From positions 416,001-480,000 of the forward strand of contig CAVQBA010000007.1 of the NCBI GenBank assembly GCA_963710605.1: a stretch of DNA of 64,000 bases, in the 5' to 3' direction. A program made the position numbers and the translations under genes. The notes under the pieces were generated by a model. That model was not told the origin of the DNA. It saw only the letters and a program-made list of their open reading frames with translations, and did not search any database. Shown here piece by piece: positions 51,620-63,788 of the stretch; position 1 is the stretch's first letter; each line of letters opens with the position of its first letter. Origin of the DNA: an uncultured cyanobacterium (GTDB lineage Bacteria > Cyanobacteriota > Cyanobacteriia > Cyanobacteriales > Cyanobacteriaceae).

Positions 51620-53575
51620 ATGGAAGGATCGTTTGCTCTCACCATACAAATCGTCATAGCAGTTTGTGCAGGGATTGCCGCTCAAGTATTGGGAGAATTA
51701 TGGAAAAAGCCGAGCATAGTAATTTTATTATTTTTAGGTATTTTAATTGGTAGAGATGGGCTTGGTTATCTACATCCTGAATATTTAGGAGAAGGATTAG
51801 AAGTATTTGTCTCTTTAGCGGTGGCAATTATTCTTTTTGAAGGTGGGTTGAGTTTAGAATTAGAACAAATCGGAAAAGTCTCAGGAAGCCTACGTAATTT
51901 GGTCAGTATTGGCACATTAATTACGTTTTTTGGTGGTGGTGTTGCCGCTCACTATTTAGCCGAATTTCCTTGGGATATTTCCTTTTTATACGCTTCTTTG
52001 GTTGTTGTAACAGGACCGACTGTAGTTGGACCATTACTTAAGCAAGTACCTGTAGATAAAAGGGTGGCGACTTTATTAGAAGGAGAAGGGGTATTAATTG
52101 ATCCTGTTGGAGCTATTTTAGCCGTTGTTGTTTTTAATGCGATCGTTAATCAGCAATCTTCCGATTCAATGGAGACATCCTATCAATTAGTTATCTTTTA
52201 TCAACTTTTTTTACGTTTATTTGTCGGGGCAACTATCGGTTTACTTGGTGGCTGGTTATTAGGTGTTTTTCAAAAAAAAGCTGATTTTGTTTCTGATGAA
52301 ATTAAAAATTTGGTTGTTTTAGCTTTTGTCTGGGCAATTTTTAGTATCTCTCAAGCATTAGTCAGTGAATCAGGATTAATGGCAACAGTGATAGCAGGTA
52401 TTGTTTTAAAAGCCTCGGATATACCCGCAGAAAGAGTATTGTTACGTTTTAAAGGACAATTGACCATTTTAGGGGTTTCGGTACTTTTTATCCTCTTAGC
52501 GGCTGATTTATCGATCGATAGTGTTTTTGCTTTGGGCTGGGGTAGTGTCTTCGCTGTATTTACCCTGATGTTTGTCATTCGCCCTTTAAGTATTATTATT
52601 TGTACATGGAATAGTGGCTTAAATTGGCGACAAAAAATATTTTTAGCTTGGGTTGCCCCCCGTGGGATTGTCTCGGCTTCTGTTGCGTCTTTATTCGTCA
52701 TTTTATTAGAACAAAATGATATTAATGGTGGTGGCTCAATTAAAGCCTTAGTCTTTTTAACCATCATCATGACAGTTGTGATTCAAGGATTAAGTGCCGG
52801 TTTTTTAGCCAAACTACTCAAAATCACCAGCGATAAAGCTCAAGGAGTAATGATAGTTGGTTGCAATCCTTTAGGGCGTACTTTAGGTAAATTAATTCAA
52901 GAGTTAGGTGAATCAGTTGTTTTAATTGATACTAATGAAGAAGCTTGCGAAAAAGCAAGAAATGAAGACTTACTAGTAGTTGAAAGTAGTGCCTTAAATA
53001 TGGATATATTGGCAGATGCAGGTATTGAAGCAGTAGGTACTTTAATCGCCCTTACTACCAATGGTAATGTTAATTTGATGACAACCCAAAGGGCATCAGA
53101 AGAATTTGCACCGAGTAAAGTTTTTGCTATTCATCCTCAAAGTGAAGAAACAAGTATTAATAATAAAGATAAAAAAATTAATCAACCTTTCGCTTCTCCC
53201 TTGTCAGTCAAAACTTGGAATAAATATCTACGAGAAAAAACATATCTAATTGGTAAAACACAAATTAAATCCCAAATTATCGACGCTCAAAAAGAACATT
53301 TAACTAATTTGATTAAAAAAGGTGAATTTTTACCTTTACTATTAACCAGAAAAGATCAAGTTACAATTGTCAGAGCGGGGATGAAATGGGAGGCTGATGA
53401 TTCTTTGGTTTATTTATTTCACGATTCTCGATCGAGTTTACTTAAAACACTTTCAGGAAATCAAATTTCATCTAATATAACTTTTGAAAAAATAGCGAAA
53501 GTTGAAGAAATACCACTTTCTACTTCTACTATAACCCCCGAAAAAAATAATCCTCAAGAATTAACTAAAAAGTAA
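51620..53575 (+). CDS. CPA1 cation:proton antiporter with TrkA-N domain
   Basis: Many TM segments, ILFEGG, TGPTVV, EGVLIDP, APRGIV; ATG at 51620 preferred over GTG at 51584. Confidence 0.9.
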   Translation: MEGSFALTIQIVIAVCAGIAAQVLGELWKKPSIVILLFLGILIGRDGLGYLHPEYLGEGLEVFVSLAVAIILFEGGLSLELEQIGKVSGSLRNLVSIGTLITFFGGGVAAHYLAEFPWDISFLYASLVVVTGPTVVGPLLKQVPVDKRVATLLEGEGVLIDPVGAILAVVVFNAIVNQQSSDSMETSYQLVIFYQLFLRLFVGATIGLLGGWLLGVFQKKADFVSDEIKNLVVLAFVWAIFSISQALVSESGLMATVIAGIVLKASDIPAERVLLRFKGQLTILGVSVLFILLAADLSIDSVFALGWGSVFAVFTLMFVIRPLSIIICTWNSGLNWRQKIFLAWVAPRGIVSASVASLFVILLEQNDINGGGSIKALVFLTIIMTVVIQGLSAGFLAKLLKITSDKAQGVMIVGCNPLGRTLGKLIQELGESVVLIDTNEEACEKARNEDLLVVESSALNMDILADAGIEAVGTLIALTTNGNVNLMTTQRASEEFAPSKVFAIHPQSEETSINNKDKKINQPFASPLSVKTWNKYLREKTYLIGKTQIKSQIIDAQKEHLTNLIKKGEFLPLLLTRKDQVTIVRAGMKWEADDSLVYLFHDSRSSLLKTLSGNQISSNITFEKIAKVEEIPLSTSTITPEKNNPQELTKK

Positions 53576-53771
53576 TAGTAATCGAAGTTTAAATGTTTAA
53601 CCACCCCTATCCCCTCTTTTTGAAGGAGGGGCACTTCATTCACAGTAAACACAGCAACAAAATAGGGTAATTATTACAAGTAACACTTAAGCTATAATCA
53701 AACTTTAAAATGCCGTTTAAAATTTTTAGATTAATCTGTCATTATCAATTTTAATTAACTCACTACAAAAA

Positions 53772-54644
53772 ATGATCAATTTAAGAGAATTATTATTTCC
53801 TAAAAACACCGATAATAGCAACAAAACTAAAAAGAAAAAAACAAAAGGGCTTCCACCGATGAAGAGAAGTCGTCGGGGAATCGAAATCAAAACACCTGCT
53901 GAGATCGAGATTATGCGTACTTCAGGCAAAATTGTCGCTACAGTTTTAAAAGAAATTAGCGAAATAGCCAGTGCAGGTATGACAACAGCCGATTTAGATA
54001 CCTATGCCGAGAAACGGATTCGAGAAATGGGTGCAACACCTAGCTTTAAAGGTTATCATGGCTTTCCTGCGTCCATCTGTGCTTGTATTAATGATGAGGT
54101 AGTGCATGGTATTCCCAGTGACAAAAAAGTGATCAAGATGGGTGATATTATCAAAATCGATACAGGGGCTTTCTATCAAGGTTATCATGGTGATTCTTGT
54201 ATTAGTGTGCCGATTGGTAAGGTAAAACGATCGACCGTTAAACTGTTAGAGGTTGCCGAAACTGCTATGTATAAAGGTGTAGAACAAGTAAAAGCAGGAA
54301 AATATCTGATGGATATAGCGATCGCCATTCAAGACTATGTCGAAGCCAATGGGTTTACCGTCGTTGAAAATTTTGTTGGGCATGGTGTCGGGAGAAATTT
54401 ACATGAAGAGCCTTCTGTGTTTAACGTACGCACCTATGATTTACCGAATGTACAATTAAGAGCGGGAATGACGTTAGCGATCGAACCTATTGTTAATATG
54501 GGTAGTAACAAAACTAAGACATTAAAAGATCGTTGGACAGTGATAACCGTTGATAAACAACTATCTGCTCAGTTTGAACATACGGTTTTAGTTACTAATG
54601 ACGGTTACGAAATTTTGACTAACCGAGAAAATCTTGAGAAATAA
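53772..54644 (+). CDS. map: Methionine aminopeptidase type I
   Basis: [29 protein letters not shown]. Confidence 0.97.
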   Translation: MINLRELLFPKNTDNSNKTKKKKTKGLPPMKRSRRGIEIKTPAEIEIMRTSGKIVATVLKEISEIASAGMTTADLDTYAEKRIREMGATPSFKGYHGFPASICACINDEVVHGIPSDKKVIKMGDIIKIDTGAFYQGYHGDSCISVPIGKVKRSTVKLLEVAETAMYKGVEQVKAGKYLMDIAIAIQDYVEANGFTVVENFVGHGVGRNLHEEPSVFNVRTYDLPNVQLRAGMTLAIEPIVNMGSNKTKTLKDRWTVITVDKQLSAQFEHTVLVTNDGYEILTNRENLEK

Positions 54645-54748
54645 TTTAATTTTTTACTCGTTACAACATTTTTAGATATTATTTAATTAATAACTATTTT
54701 CTGTTTCATATTGTTTATATATGAGTCGGGAAAATATAGATTAATAGT

Positions 54749-54859
54749 AAAGACGATTGTTTAGTCAACTGCAAACATCAGAATAAATCACTATTATATT
54801 GATTGTCTATTCTTGATGTTCTTCTCTCTAAAGTTGATTAGTCTCGATCGTCTTTTTTT
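54749..54859. repeat. Long imperfect hairpin plus T-run, copy 1 (copy 2 at 57121-57239)
   Basis: AAAGACGAT..TCAACT..AACATCA pairs with TGATGTT..AGTTGA..ATCGTCTTT. Confidence 0.65.
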
Positions 54860-54909
54860 GTTTAGGCTATATTTAATCTGATTTAAAGTTTGGATTTAAA
54901 AATTAAAGC

Positions 54910-55014
54910 TATAGCGGTAAATGAGTGAGTTAAGACGTGATTGTTCGATTCCCTTCCTTACAAAGGAGGGGTTAGGGGTGGTTGATTGTCCTAACCAAGT
55001 CGTTTACTGCTATA
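54910..55014. mobile_element. TA-ended MITE with about 27-bp imperfect TIR enclosing a CCTCCTT/AAGGAGG hairpin
   Basis: TATAGCGGTAAATGAG... versus ...TCGTTTACTGCTATA; relative at about 27595-27670. Confidence 0.7.
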
Positions 55015-55527
55015 ACTTTGGTTAAGGTATATAATTAGCCTTCAACTTAAGTTCAAGTCTAAACGAAATCGTTTTTATAAATTGAACTAAAAATTATGTC
55101 CAGCCAAAACATTTTAGACAACTTATTTTTTTGATTAGACATTTAGAGCGAAATGATTTTTCATTGGTTCAATCGTTTAGGGCTTGTTATCCTTTAGGTT
55201 CTAATTTTTCAACCATATTTTTGTTGACAAAAACAAGATTGTATGATAATTAATGGACTAGTTTTTTTGACAATCGATTCTCAAAAATCTAAACAGTTTT
55301 ATAACTATATATAACTTATTATTTTTTAACCATTTTTAATCGATAGATAGGGTTAGTAAACATTACAATACAGCAAAGTACGGTTGTAAACCGAATAACT
55401 TTTTGGGTTATTAATTATCTGTTGATTAGCTTAATTAGTTACTGTAACAACATTTAAGAAAAACTTGATATCTAATAGACACAAAAAATAGAACAAATAA
55501 ATTAAATAAAAATTTAGCCAAAATAAT

Positions 55528-56991
55528 ATGGTTCAACTAAACACAACGGCAGGAGACGGTGGATTACGTGTAGAGTTAGATGGTTTCGGTTCTTTTGGCT
55601 CTAACATAGGTAACAATGTTTCGGATGCTTTTTACGATCCTATTGGCGAACAAACAGAAGCAGGTACAACCTTCGAGTCTGCGGTAGCTATTAGAGTAGG
55701 AAGCCAAATCAGACGTACTTTCCTGACAACAGGTAATATTGCCGAAGTATCAAACTTAATAATCCCATTTTTTGATAGCAGAACTACAAACACAACAACT
55801 GCTAACAGTACGTTCACCGTTCGTAATTTAGACTTTAGCCTCAATCAGGTAGTTGAAGAAGTATTGGTAGAGGGAGAACAAACAGGAAGTACTCTAATTC
55901 AAACTTATACTATTACTAACCCTAGTTCAAATCCAATCGAATTTGAATTAATTCGCTATATTGACGGTGATTTAGACTTTGATGGTAGCATCGACGATTC
56001 TGGTGGACGATTACTCAGAGATGGACAAGAAATTCTGTTTCAAACAGATAGTGGAGAAAATCCTTTCGTCGCAACTACTTTTTTTAGTATCACCGCTACA
56101 GGGGGTGATACACTAGAATCCGGACGTTATGAAATAGATTCTTTTAGTGGATTACGCAGTCGTATTTCAAATGGTACAGACTTAGACGATATTATTACAG
56201 GAGATAGTGATGACTCAGATCAATTTATTGATAGTAGTCCTTATGATGTAAGTCTAGCACTACGAAATAGTTTTGTACTTAATCCTGGTGCATCAACAAG
56301 TTATGTGACAACTACAGTCTTCGGTTCTGGTTCTCCAGAAGCATTAGATGAGTTAGAAACTGTTTTTACCACGATCGATAATAGCGATTTAGTTAACGGT
56401 TTAGCTTATGATGCTACCTTAATTCCCGAATCAATTAGTATTAACATGAGACTTACTCAGGGTGTCCAAAATTTAGGTAGTGAAGCTGATTTTAAAAACT
56501 TAGTTGGTTTGTATGCTGTTTTAGATATCAATGGTGGTATAGATATCGATGGTGATGGTAATGTCGATTTACTTCCTACCGATGAAGGATATGCCCGTGC
56601 GGCGATCGAAAATCGTGTCGATAGTTTCCAAATCTTAGCTGGTGGTTTTGGTGATCCTAATTTTAACACTACGGTTGAAGAATTTGGAGATGTATTAATC
56701 AGTGGTGGTCAGATGTATGCACCCTTTCTGATCGCTAATGGTGGTGAAATTGGCTTTGAAGGGTTTATAGCGAATGAAGATGGAGAAGAAAGCGTATTTA
56801 ACAATATGTCACAATTCCGTGAAGATTTTGTTGCTTACTTTGCCTTTATTGGTGCTAATCCAGATGGTACGGCTCACTTACAAAGCAGACGCAACGGTGT
56901 GTTTGGCTTTGAAGATTTACCTAGTAATTTAGGTATGAGCGACAACGACTTCAATGATGCTGTTTTCCAATTAATTTCGGTCACAGTTTAA
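55528..56991 (+). CDS. Acidic surface/secreted protein with C-terminal DUF4114
   Basis: D/G/T-rich; FGFEDLP...SDNDFNDAVF; no Sec signal visible. Confidence 0.75.
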   Translation: MVQLNTTAGDGGLRVELDGFGSFGSNIGNNVSDAFYDPIGEQTEAGTTFESAVAIRVGSQIRRTFLTTGNIAEVSNLIIPFFDSRTTNTTTANSTFTVRNLDFSLNQVVEEVLVEGEQTGSTLIQTYTITNPSSNPIEFELIRYIDGDLDFDGSIDDSGGRLLRDGQEILFQTDSGENPFVATTFFSITATGGDTLESGRYEIDSFSGLRSRISNGTDLDDIITGDSDDSDQFIDSSPYDVSLALRNSFVLNPGASTSYVTTTVFGSGSPEALDELETVFTTIDNSDLVNGLAYDATLIPESISINMRLTQGVQNLGSEADFKNLVGLYAVLDINGGIDIDGDGNVDLLPTDEGYARAAIENRVDSFQILAGGFGDPNFNTTVEEFGDVLISGGQMYAPFLIANGGEIGFEGFIANEDGEESVFNNMSQFREDFVAYFAFIGANPDGTAHLQSRRNGVFGFEDLPSNLGMSDNDFNDAVFQLISVTV

Positions 56992-57590
56992 TCGATCGTC
57001 GTTTACAGCGATCTTTAATTCAACTCTAACCAATACAAAAATTATAGTAGGGGTAGAATATCATTCTACCCGAAGACATCATTAGCATACATAAACGATC
57101 AGCTCAACTTGGTATTACGTGCGATCGTAATTGTCAACTCTCAACATCAAAATAAGTTAGCAATGTGTTATATGAGCGTTGTTTGTCTCTAATGTTTTTC
57201 TCTCTAGTAAGTTGATTGTTATCGATCGTCTTTTTTTTTGTTGCATAAATATTTCGTAGTCATAATTTCAGACGGGCAATTTCAACTAAGTAAGACTAAT
57301 CTCCAGTTTCTTGGTAAATCGAGCGTTCGATTAATTCTCAGCTTAACAAATAATATCATCGTTAAATAAATTAACAAATTCGATCGAAACTCTCAAAGAA
57401 ATTAAGATTAATTAGTATCAATTTAAAACTGAATAAATTATATAATAGCAAAAGTCCTTAGTCTCTTTTAGTTGTTAGCTATTAAACCATATTTTAGCGA
57501 GCTTAAAACTCAACCCTGAGATTGAAAACACTAACCGTGTCTTATCTAATTTTAAATCGTCACGATATTCTAATCTAAAACAATCTAACA

Positions 57591-60500
57591 ATGACAACAC
57601 GAGCAAGATCGAAAAAACCCGAAAACTTTTTTATTATTGGGATTGGAGCTTCAGCAGGTGGAGTACAAGCATTAGAGTTATTCTTTAATAGCTTACCCGA
57701 TAATCCTAATGGGGCTTTTGTAGTGGTACAACATCTGTCGCCTAATCACCGTAGTGCAATGACCGAGATTTTGCAAAGGCAAACAACTTTACCAGTACAA
57801 GAAGTCGAAGATCGGATGTTGCTCGAACCTGCTAAGGTATATGTGTTGCCACCAGGTAAAATTATTGTCCTCGAAGACGATCGGCGATTACATTTAGAAG
57901 AAGTCTTAAGTTCGCCTCGCAATACAATCGATCGTTTTTTTCAGTCTCTTGTAGATGGATGGGGAGAACGCACGATCGCTATTTTGTTATCTGGAACGGG
58001 TAATGATGGTACTGAAGGAATCCAAGCAGTTAGTAGAGTAGGGGGTATCGCCTTAGTTCAGTCGCCAGAAACCGCTCAATTTACCAGTATGCCTTCGGGT
58101 GCTATTCCTTCTGGCTTGGTAGATGAAATTCTCTCTCCTCAAGATTTGGCTCAAACCGTTTACGAATTGATTCGCTTTTCTGATAATTTTCCTACTGCTC
58201 GTATGCAAGAAGCAAGTACGCTCGCTCCCGACTTGCTACAACAAATCTTAAATATTTTGGCAGAGCGAGAAGATATCGACTTTTCTCATTACAAAACTAG
58301 TACCCTCAGCCGCCGTATCCACCATCGCTGTGCCTTGATACGAAAAAACAGTATTAATGAATATATCCAGTTATTAGAAACTTCAGAAGAAGAGCAAAAG
58401 CAGTTACGTCAAGATCTTTTAATCGGTGCAACCTGCTTTTTCCGAGATTTAGAAGCCTGGCAGTTTTTAGCTACTGAAGTTATTCCCCGTCATCTAAAGA
58501 AGCTAGAACCAAATCAGCCGTTACGCATCTGGGTATCGGCTTGTGCTACTGGTGAAGAAGCCTATTCGATGGCTATAATCGTTGATGAGCTTTTGCAAAC
58601 TACAGATAAATTCGTTCAGGTAAAAATTTTTGCCACCGATTTAGATACCAAAGCTTTAGAGGCGGCGGCGCAGGGTGTTTATTCTGAGAGTGCTATCAAC
58701 AATGTCTCGCCCGAACGGCTAGAAAAATACTTTGATTACGATGGTGGTTACTATCGAGTTAAACGATCGCTACGAGAAATGTTGATTATTGCCCCTCATG
58801 ATTTGACCAAAAACGCCGGTTTTTCGCGGATGAATTTGGTTAGCTGTCGCAATGTTCTCATTTATATGCAACCCCAACTTCAACATCAAGTATTAGGTTT
58901 ACTCCACTTTGCACTAGAAACTAAAGGTACTCTTTTTCTTGGTAGCTCAGAAACATTGGGACAGATAGCTGAAGAATTTACTACCGAAAACTCGAAGTGG
59001 AAAATTTATCAAAAACGGCGCAATACCTCACTAACATCTGTAGCCATTTCTCAGCAAATTGTGCCATCGCCCTTTCGCTCATCTGTTGGTCATAAAACTC
59101 GTCAGCAACAACTCGAGCGTCTGTTGAACGGATTATTTAAGCTGAGTTTTGCCGAACGCAAAATCACTTCTTTACTAGTTGCTTCTAATAACGAGCTTTT
59201 GCGGGTATTTTACAACTCAGCTCGTTTGCTAGATCATCCGATCGGGGAAATGAGTACAGATGTTTTAGAGCAGGTAAATGCCTCTTTGAAGCTACCTCTA
59301 AGTACTGCCTTATACCGTATCCGCAGACGTAATGAAGAGATGATACTCTATACGGGTATTAAAGTAATACGTGAAGAAGAAGAACTCAACGTAACCTTAC
59401 GGGTTGCTCCAGATAGAAGTAGTACCGATAGTACTCAAATTTTGGTCATTTTTGAAATAGAATCTCCTCACTTATCTTCGGTTGCACCTTTACGTTTTGA
59501 TGTGGGTGAAGAAGCGGCTCAGCAAATTACGGAGTTAGAATATGAGCTACAGCAAACTCGTGAAAATTTACAGGTCACGATCGAAGAGCTAGAAACGGCA
59601 AATGAAGAACAACAGGCTACCAATGAAGAACTATTAGCATCCAATGAAGAATTACAAAGTACTAATGAAGAGCTACAGTCGGTTAACGAAGAACTATATA
59701 CCGTTAACTGTGAGTATCAGTCGAAAATTAAAGAGCTAACTCAACTTAATAGCGACATTGATAACCTTTTACGCAGTACAGACATTGGTGTAATCTTCCT
59801 TGATAATGATTTTAATATTCGCAAGTTTACGCCTGCGGCTACCAGAGCTATTAATATCAAACTGTCTGATGTAGGTCGTCCTCTGACTGATTTAAGTAGA
59901 AATATTGACTTGCCTAACTTTGTCGATATTTTACAGCAGGTGGTTTCATCTAACGAACCCTACGAACAAGAGATAGCGATCGCTAACTCTAAAGATCATC
60001 TGCTCGTGCGAGTTCATCCTTATATACGAGAAGATCGTAATAATAATGGAATTGTCCTAACTTTTGTTCAGATTAATGAGTTGCGGCAAGCCCAAGAACA
60101 ACTTCAACAAGCCAATAAAATTCTCGAAAATCTTTACGAAGCTAGTCCCGCAGGACTGTGTTTATTTAACAAAAACTTAGAGTTTATTCGCGTTAATCCT
60201 GCTTTAGCAGAAATTAATGGCGTTTCGATTGAAAATCACTTGGGTAAAACTTTGCGCGATATTGCACCCGATCTAGCTGACTATCTAGAGTCGTTATTAT
60301 CTCAAGTTATTGAGACGGGCGAACCAATTTGTAATATTGAAATTAGAGGTAAAATGCCAGCTACTCCCGATCTCGAACGTTGTTGGATAGCTAGCTATTA
60401 TCCTGTTGATTTTCTCGATGATGGTCGGGGCGTTGGAGCTGTTGTTGTTGAGATTACAGAGCGGGTTCTAGCTGAAAAAGCTTTACGTAATAGCCAAAGA

Positions 60501-62096
60501 CGTTTGCAAGAAGCCCAGCAGTTAGCCAAACTAGGCAACTGGGAATTCCAATTAAAGAGCGATTTAACTTTGGATACTGCTTATCCCGAATTTTCTAGAG
60601 AGCTACGAAACATTTATCAGCTTGATGCCGAGGCGAAATCGAACTTGACAGATTTATTGCAACAGCACCCGAGAAGCGATCGCCAACTACTAAGTAATGC
60701 TTTTGAATTTTTAATCTCAGATGGTATTCCTTTTAGCCTTGATGTCCAGCTTTTTGAATCCGAGCAACAAAGGCTTACTGTCAATATTATGGGGCAAGCA
60801 ATCCGAGACGTTGAGGAGCGAATTATCAAATTTTATGGCACAGTGATGGATATTACCGAACGCAAAGCCATCGAGCAAGAACTAGAACGGCGTAATGCGG
60901 CATTAGAAGAAGCGATCGCTATCGCTCAAGTAGCTGACTCAGCCAATCAAGCTAAGACGGAATTCCTAGCCAATATGAGTCACGAAATTCGTACACCAAT
61001 GAATTCGATCGTCGTAGTCAGTCAGCTATTAGAACGTACAGATTTGGCAACCCAACAGCAAAAATTACTAAATACTTTGAGGGTAAATACCGATCGCTTG
61101 TTGACACTTATTAATGATGTTTTGTCACTCTCTAAGCTAGAAGCTAATCAACTGCAATTGGAATACAGCCCTTTCAACCTAAGTCAGACTTTTGAAGTGT
61201 TATCTGATTCTTTTACGACACAAGTTCAAACCAAAAACCTAACACTAAAGTTTGAGATTGCTTCGGATATACCAACAATATTGATTGGAGATGACTATCG
61301 CTTACAGCAAGTGTTCGGCAATCTTATTAGTAATAGTATCAAATTTACCGATACGGGTGAGATTTCTGTCACTGCTTCATTAGACAAATCATCTACCGAT
61401 CTAACGAATGATAATATGATTAGCTTATATTTCACTGTCAAAGATACGGGTATAGGTATTGATACTGCTGACCAAGCAAGGTTGTTTCAACCCTTTACCC
61501 AAGCTGATAGTTCGGTTACGCGTCAGTTTGGCGGTACGGGTTTAGGGCTGACAATTTGCCGTCATATTGTACAAGCTATGGGCGGAGAAATTGGCTTAGA
61601 CAGTAGTCCGGGGCAGGGTTCAACCTTTTGGTTTAAGATACCTTTTGCTATAGGAGAAAACTCTACTACCTTAGATACGCTCTCATCACCCTCGCAAATA
61701 CCCGATACTGACGTATTATCCCGCTCAATGGATACCCTCAGAATATTACTAGTCGAAGATTACCAAGACAATCGCGAACTAATGCTACTTATTTTAGAGA
61801 ATATGGGCTGTCAAGTAGATTGGGTAACGAATGGTCAAGAATTTCTCGATCGTACTGCCGAGCAAGATTATGACATTGTTTTATTAGACTGTCAAATGCC
61901 TATCTTGGATGGTTATGAAGCAGTACGTAGGTTACGGATACGAGAAGAAAATACAAAAAGAACAGTTGTGATCGGTTTGACTGCTCATGCCATGCCCGAA
62001 GATCGTGAAAAATGTCTAGCCGCTGGGATGGATGATTATTTGAGTAAGCCTGTATTAAGAAACGATCTTTTTGAAATGTTAAAGCAATGGAGCTAA
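57591..62096 (+). CDS. CheB-CheR-coiled coil-PAS-histidine kinase-receiver hybrid
   Basis: Che[15 protein letters not shown]; Che[26 protein letters not shown] repeats; [21 protein letters not shown]. Confidence 0.93.
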   Translation: MTTRARSKKPENFFIIGIGASAGGVQALELFFNSLPDNPNGAFVVVQHLSPNHRSAMTEILQRQTTLPVQEVEDRMLLEPAKVYVLPPGKIIVLEDDRRLHLEEVLSSPRNTIDRFFQSLVDGWGERTIAILLSGTGNDGTEGIQAVSRVGGIALVQSPETAQFTSMPSGAIPSGLVDEILSPQDLAQTVYELIRFSDNFPTARMQEASTLAPDLLQQILNILAEREDIDFSHYKTSTLSRRIHHRCALIRKNSINEYIQLLETSEEEQKQLRQDLLIGATCFFRDLEAWQFLATEVIPRHLKKLEPNQPLRIWVSACATGEEAYSMAIIVDELLQTTDKFVQVKIFATDLDTKALEAAAQGVYSESAINNVSPERLEKYFDYDGGYYRVKRSLREMLIIAPHDLTKNAGFSRMNLVSCRNVLIYMQPQLQHQVLGLLHFALETKGTLFLGSSETLGQIAEEFTTENSKWKIYQKRRNTSLTSVAISQQIVPSPFRSSVGHKTRQQQLERLLNGLFKLSFAERKITSLLVASNNELLRVFYNSARLLDHPIGEMSTDVLEQVNASLKLPLSTALYRIRRRNEEMILYTGIKVIREEEELNVTLRVAPDRSSTDSTQILVIFEIESPHLSSVAPLRFDVGEEAAQQITELEYELQQTRENLQVTIEELETANEEQQATNEELLASNEELQSTNEELQSVNEELYTVNCEYQSKIKELTQLNSDIDNLLRSTDIGVIFLDNDFNIRKFTPAATRAINIKLSDVGRPLTDLSRNIDLPNFVDILQQVVSSNEPYEQEIAIANSKDHLLVRVHPYIREDRNNNGIVLTFVQINELRQAQEQLQQANKILENLYEASPAGLCLFNKNLEFIRVNPALAEINGVSIENHLGKTLRDIAPDLADYLESLLSQVIETGEPICNIEIRGKMPATPDLERCWIASYYPVDFLDDGRGVGAVVVEITERVLAEKALRNSQRRLQEAQQLAKLGNWEFQLKSDLTLDTAYPEFSRELRNIYQLDAEAKSNLTDLLQQHPRSDRQLLSNAFEFLISDGIPFSLDVQLFESEQQRLTVNIMGQAIRDVEERIIKFYGTVMDITERKAIEQELERRNAALEEAIAIAQVADSANQAKTEFLANMSHEIRTPMNSIVVVSQLLERTDLATQQQKLLNTLRVNTDRLLTLINDVLSLSKLEANQLQLEYSPFNLSQTFEVLSDSFTTQVQTKNLTLKFEIASDIPTILIGDDYRLQQVFGNLISNSIKFTDTGEISVTASLDKSSTDLTNDNMISLYFTVKDTGIGIDTADQARLFQPFTQADSSVTRQFGGTGLGLTICRHIVQAMGGEIGLDSSPGQGSTFWFKIPFAIGENSTTLDTLSSPSQIPDTDVLSRSMDTLRILLVEDYQDNRELMLLILENMGCQVDWVTNGQEFLDRTAEQDYDIVLLDCQMPILDGYEAVRRLRIREENTKRTVVIGLTAHAMPEDREKCLAAGMDDYLSKPVLRNDLFEMLKQWS

Positions 62097-62139
62097 ATTT
62101 AAGAAGGAAGAGAGCATCACTTTTTACCAAAAAATCAAG

Positions 62140-62210
62140 GGTAAGAAGTAAGGAGTAAGAAGAATGAGTAAGAAGTAAGAAGTAAGGAGTAAGGAGTAAG
62201 GAGTAAGAAG
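62140..62210. repeat. STRR heptamer array (AAG(G/A)AGT)n
   Basis: About ten degenerate 7-bp units, followed by AATTGTC units. Confidence 0.85.
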
Positions 62211-62344
62211 AGATCAATTGTTAATTGTCAATTGTCAATTATTTTAAATAAATTTCTTATCTATTTGAGGGGTGATAGCGACTATGCCTACATTTAAAAT
62301 GTAAAATTAATTTTGTACTCGTACTTAAACACTAACTATCAACC

Positions 62345-63064
62345 ATGACCACAGTTAAAATATTACCCGATCTTAATGCGTTAGTAGATGAATCTTCCGA
62401 ATACATCGCTACTAAAATGAAAGACGCTGTTGCTAAAAATGGTGTTTGTTATATTGCCTTAGCAGGTGGTAGTACTCCAGAACCAGTATATGAGAAATTA
62501 GCAAAAGCCGATTTACCTTGGGATAAAATCCATTTTTTTTGGGGAGACGAGCGTTATGTGCCTCCGACTCATGAAGATAGCAATTATAAAATGTCAAAGG
62601 AAGCATGGTTAGACTCGATCGATATTCCTGAAAGTAACATTCACATTACCCCAACCGAAGGAAGTGACGTGCAATCAGATGCGCAAGAATACGAACAAGA
62701 CATACTCGATACTTTTGGTATAACTGAAGGTATTCCTACTTTTGATGTAGTTTTTATGGGTATGGGCGACGATGGGCATACTGCTTCTCTTTTCCCTGAA
62801 ACTTATGCTTTAAGTGTAGTCGATCGATTAGTGACTGTAGGTAACAAACAAGAACACCAAAGAATTACATTTACTATACCTTTAATCAATAACGCTGATT
62901 GTGTTGTCTTTTTGGTTGCAGGTGAAGGTAAGCAATCGGCATTAGCACAGGTATTTAATGACGAAGACAATAGTTACCAATATCCTAGTAAACTAATTCA
63001 ACCTCAAGGAGAGTTAGTCTGGTTTCTAGATGAAGCGGTGGCGAAACAATTGGAAGTTGATTAA
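62345..63064 (+). CDS. pgl: 6-phosphogluconolactonase
   Basis: ALAGGSTP, WGDERYV, GMGDDGHTASLFP. Confidence 0.95.
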   Translation: MTTVKILPDLNALVDESSEYIATKMKDAVAKNGVCYIALAGGSTPEPVYEKLAKADLPWDKIHFFWGDERYVPPTHEDSNYKMSKEAWLDSIDIPESNIHITPTEGSDVQSDAQEYEQDILDTFGITEGIPTFDVVFMGMGDDGHTASLFPETYALSVVDRLVTVGNKQEHQRITFTIPLINNADCVVFLVAGEGKQSALAQVFNDEDNSYQYPSKLIQPQGELVWFLDEAVAKQLEVD

Positions 63065-63098
63065 TTATCAATTGAGAAGTTAATGTTTGATACTTAAC

Positions 63099-63325
63099 CA
63101 CCCCTAACCCCTCTTTTAAAAGAAGAGCTGTTTCATGTCTTATTTTTGTAATTTATACAATGCCAGAAATAGCCGTAAATTTAGCCGTTTTTATCTAATA
63201 GTAAAAAGAAAATGTAACCACTCTCGATCGATCGTTCAGTAGTAATAGCTTCTAGCTATTTATTGTGAGCTTCTAACTATTTTTGGCGAACGAGAATGAA
63301 TCACCCCTAACCCCTCTTTTAAAAG
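63099..63325. mobile_element. GCTGTTTCAT-type MITE flanked by a 24-bp direct repeat of a REP arm
   Basis: CACCCCTAACCCCTCTTTTAAAAG at 63099-63122 and 63302-63325. Confidence 0.7.
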
Positions 63326-63788
63326 GAGGGGAACGAATTTGAGAATAATTAGGATATTAATAAAATAATAAAAGTAATCACCTTGAATTTAGTCATTCAA
63401 GGCTAAAGGTATTCGTTCAATTTATTGAACTAAGATAATCATTAATCACATTTGATAAATTTATTAATAACGAGTGCCGTAACCCATGAGTAACTTTTTT
63501 TAGGCGTATTTGTGTTGGGCTTCGTTGAGGAAGGAGTGTATCTGTTTTCTTTTTAATGTTTTTAATCTCAACCCAACCTAGTAATCTACTAATCGTCGAT
63601 CGTTTTTTCTCTTAACTTTCCAATTTAGCTAAACCAAATCAAAACAGAAATAATAAAACCGACTAACAAAATATATATTAATAAATTTTAACTAACAAGA
63701 AGAATATCTATTATATTATGTAAAGTTTAAAATAATATTTAGGTAGAATATTAAGTATTATCGATCGAATTAATCAAAAATAAAAAAG

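Noticed and set aside
2273-62217. Short overlapping ORFs in the track (e.g. 2273, 4304, 6768, 7184, 12657, 17153, 26879, 41311, 52351, 60617, 61900)
   Set aside because: They lie antisense or out of frame within well-supported genes and show no recognisable motifs.
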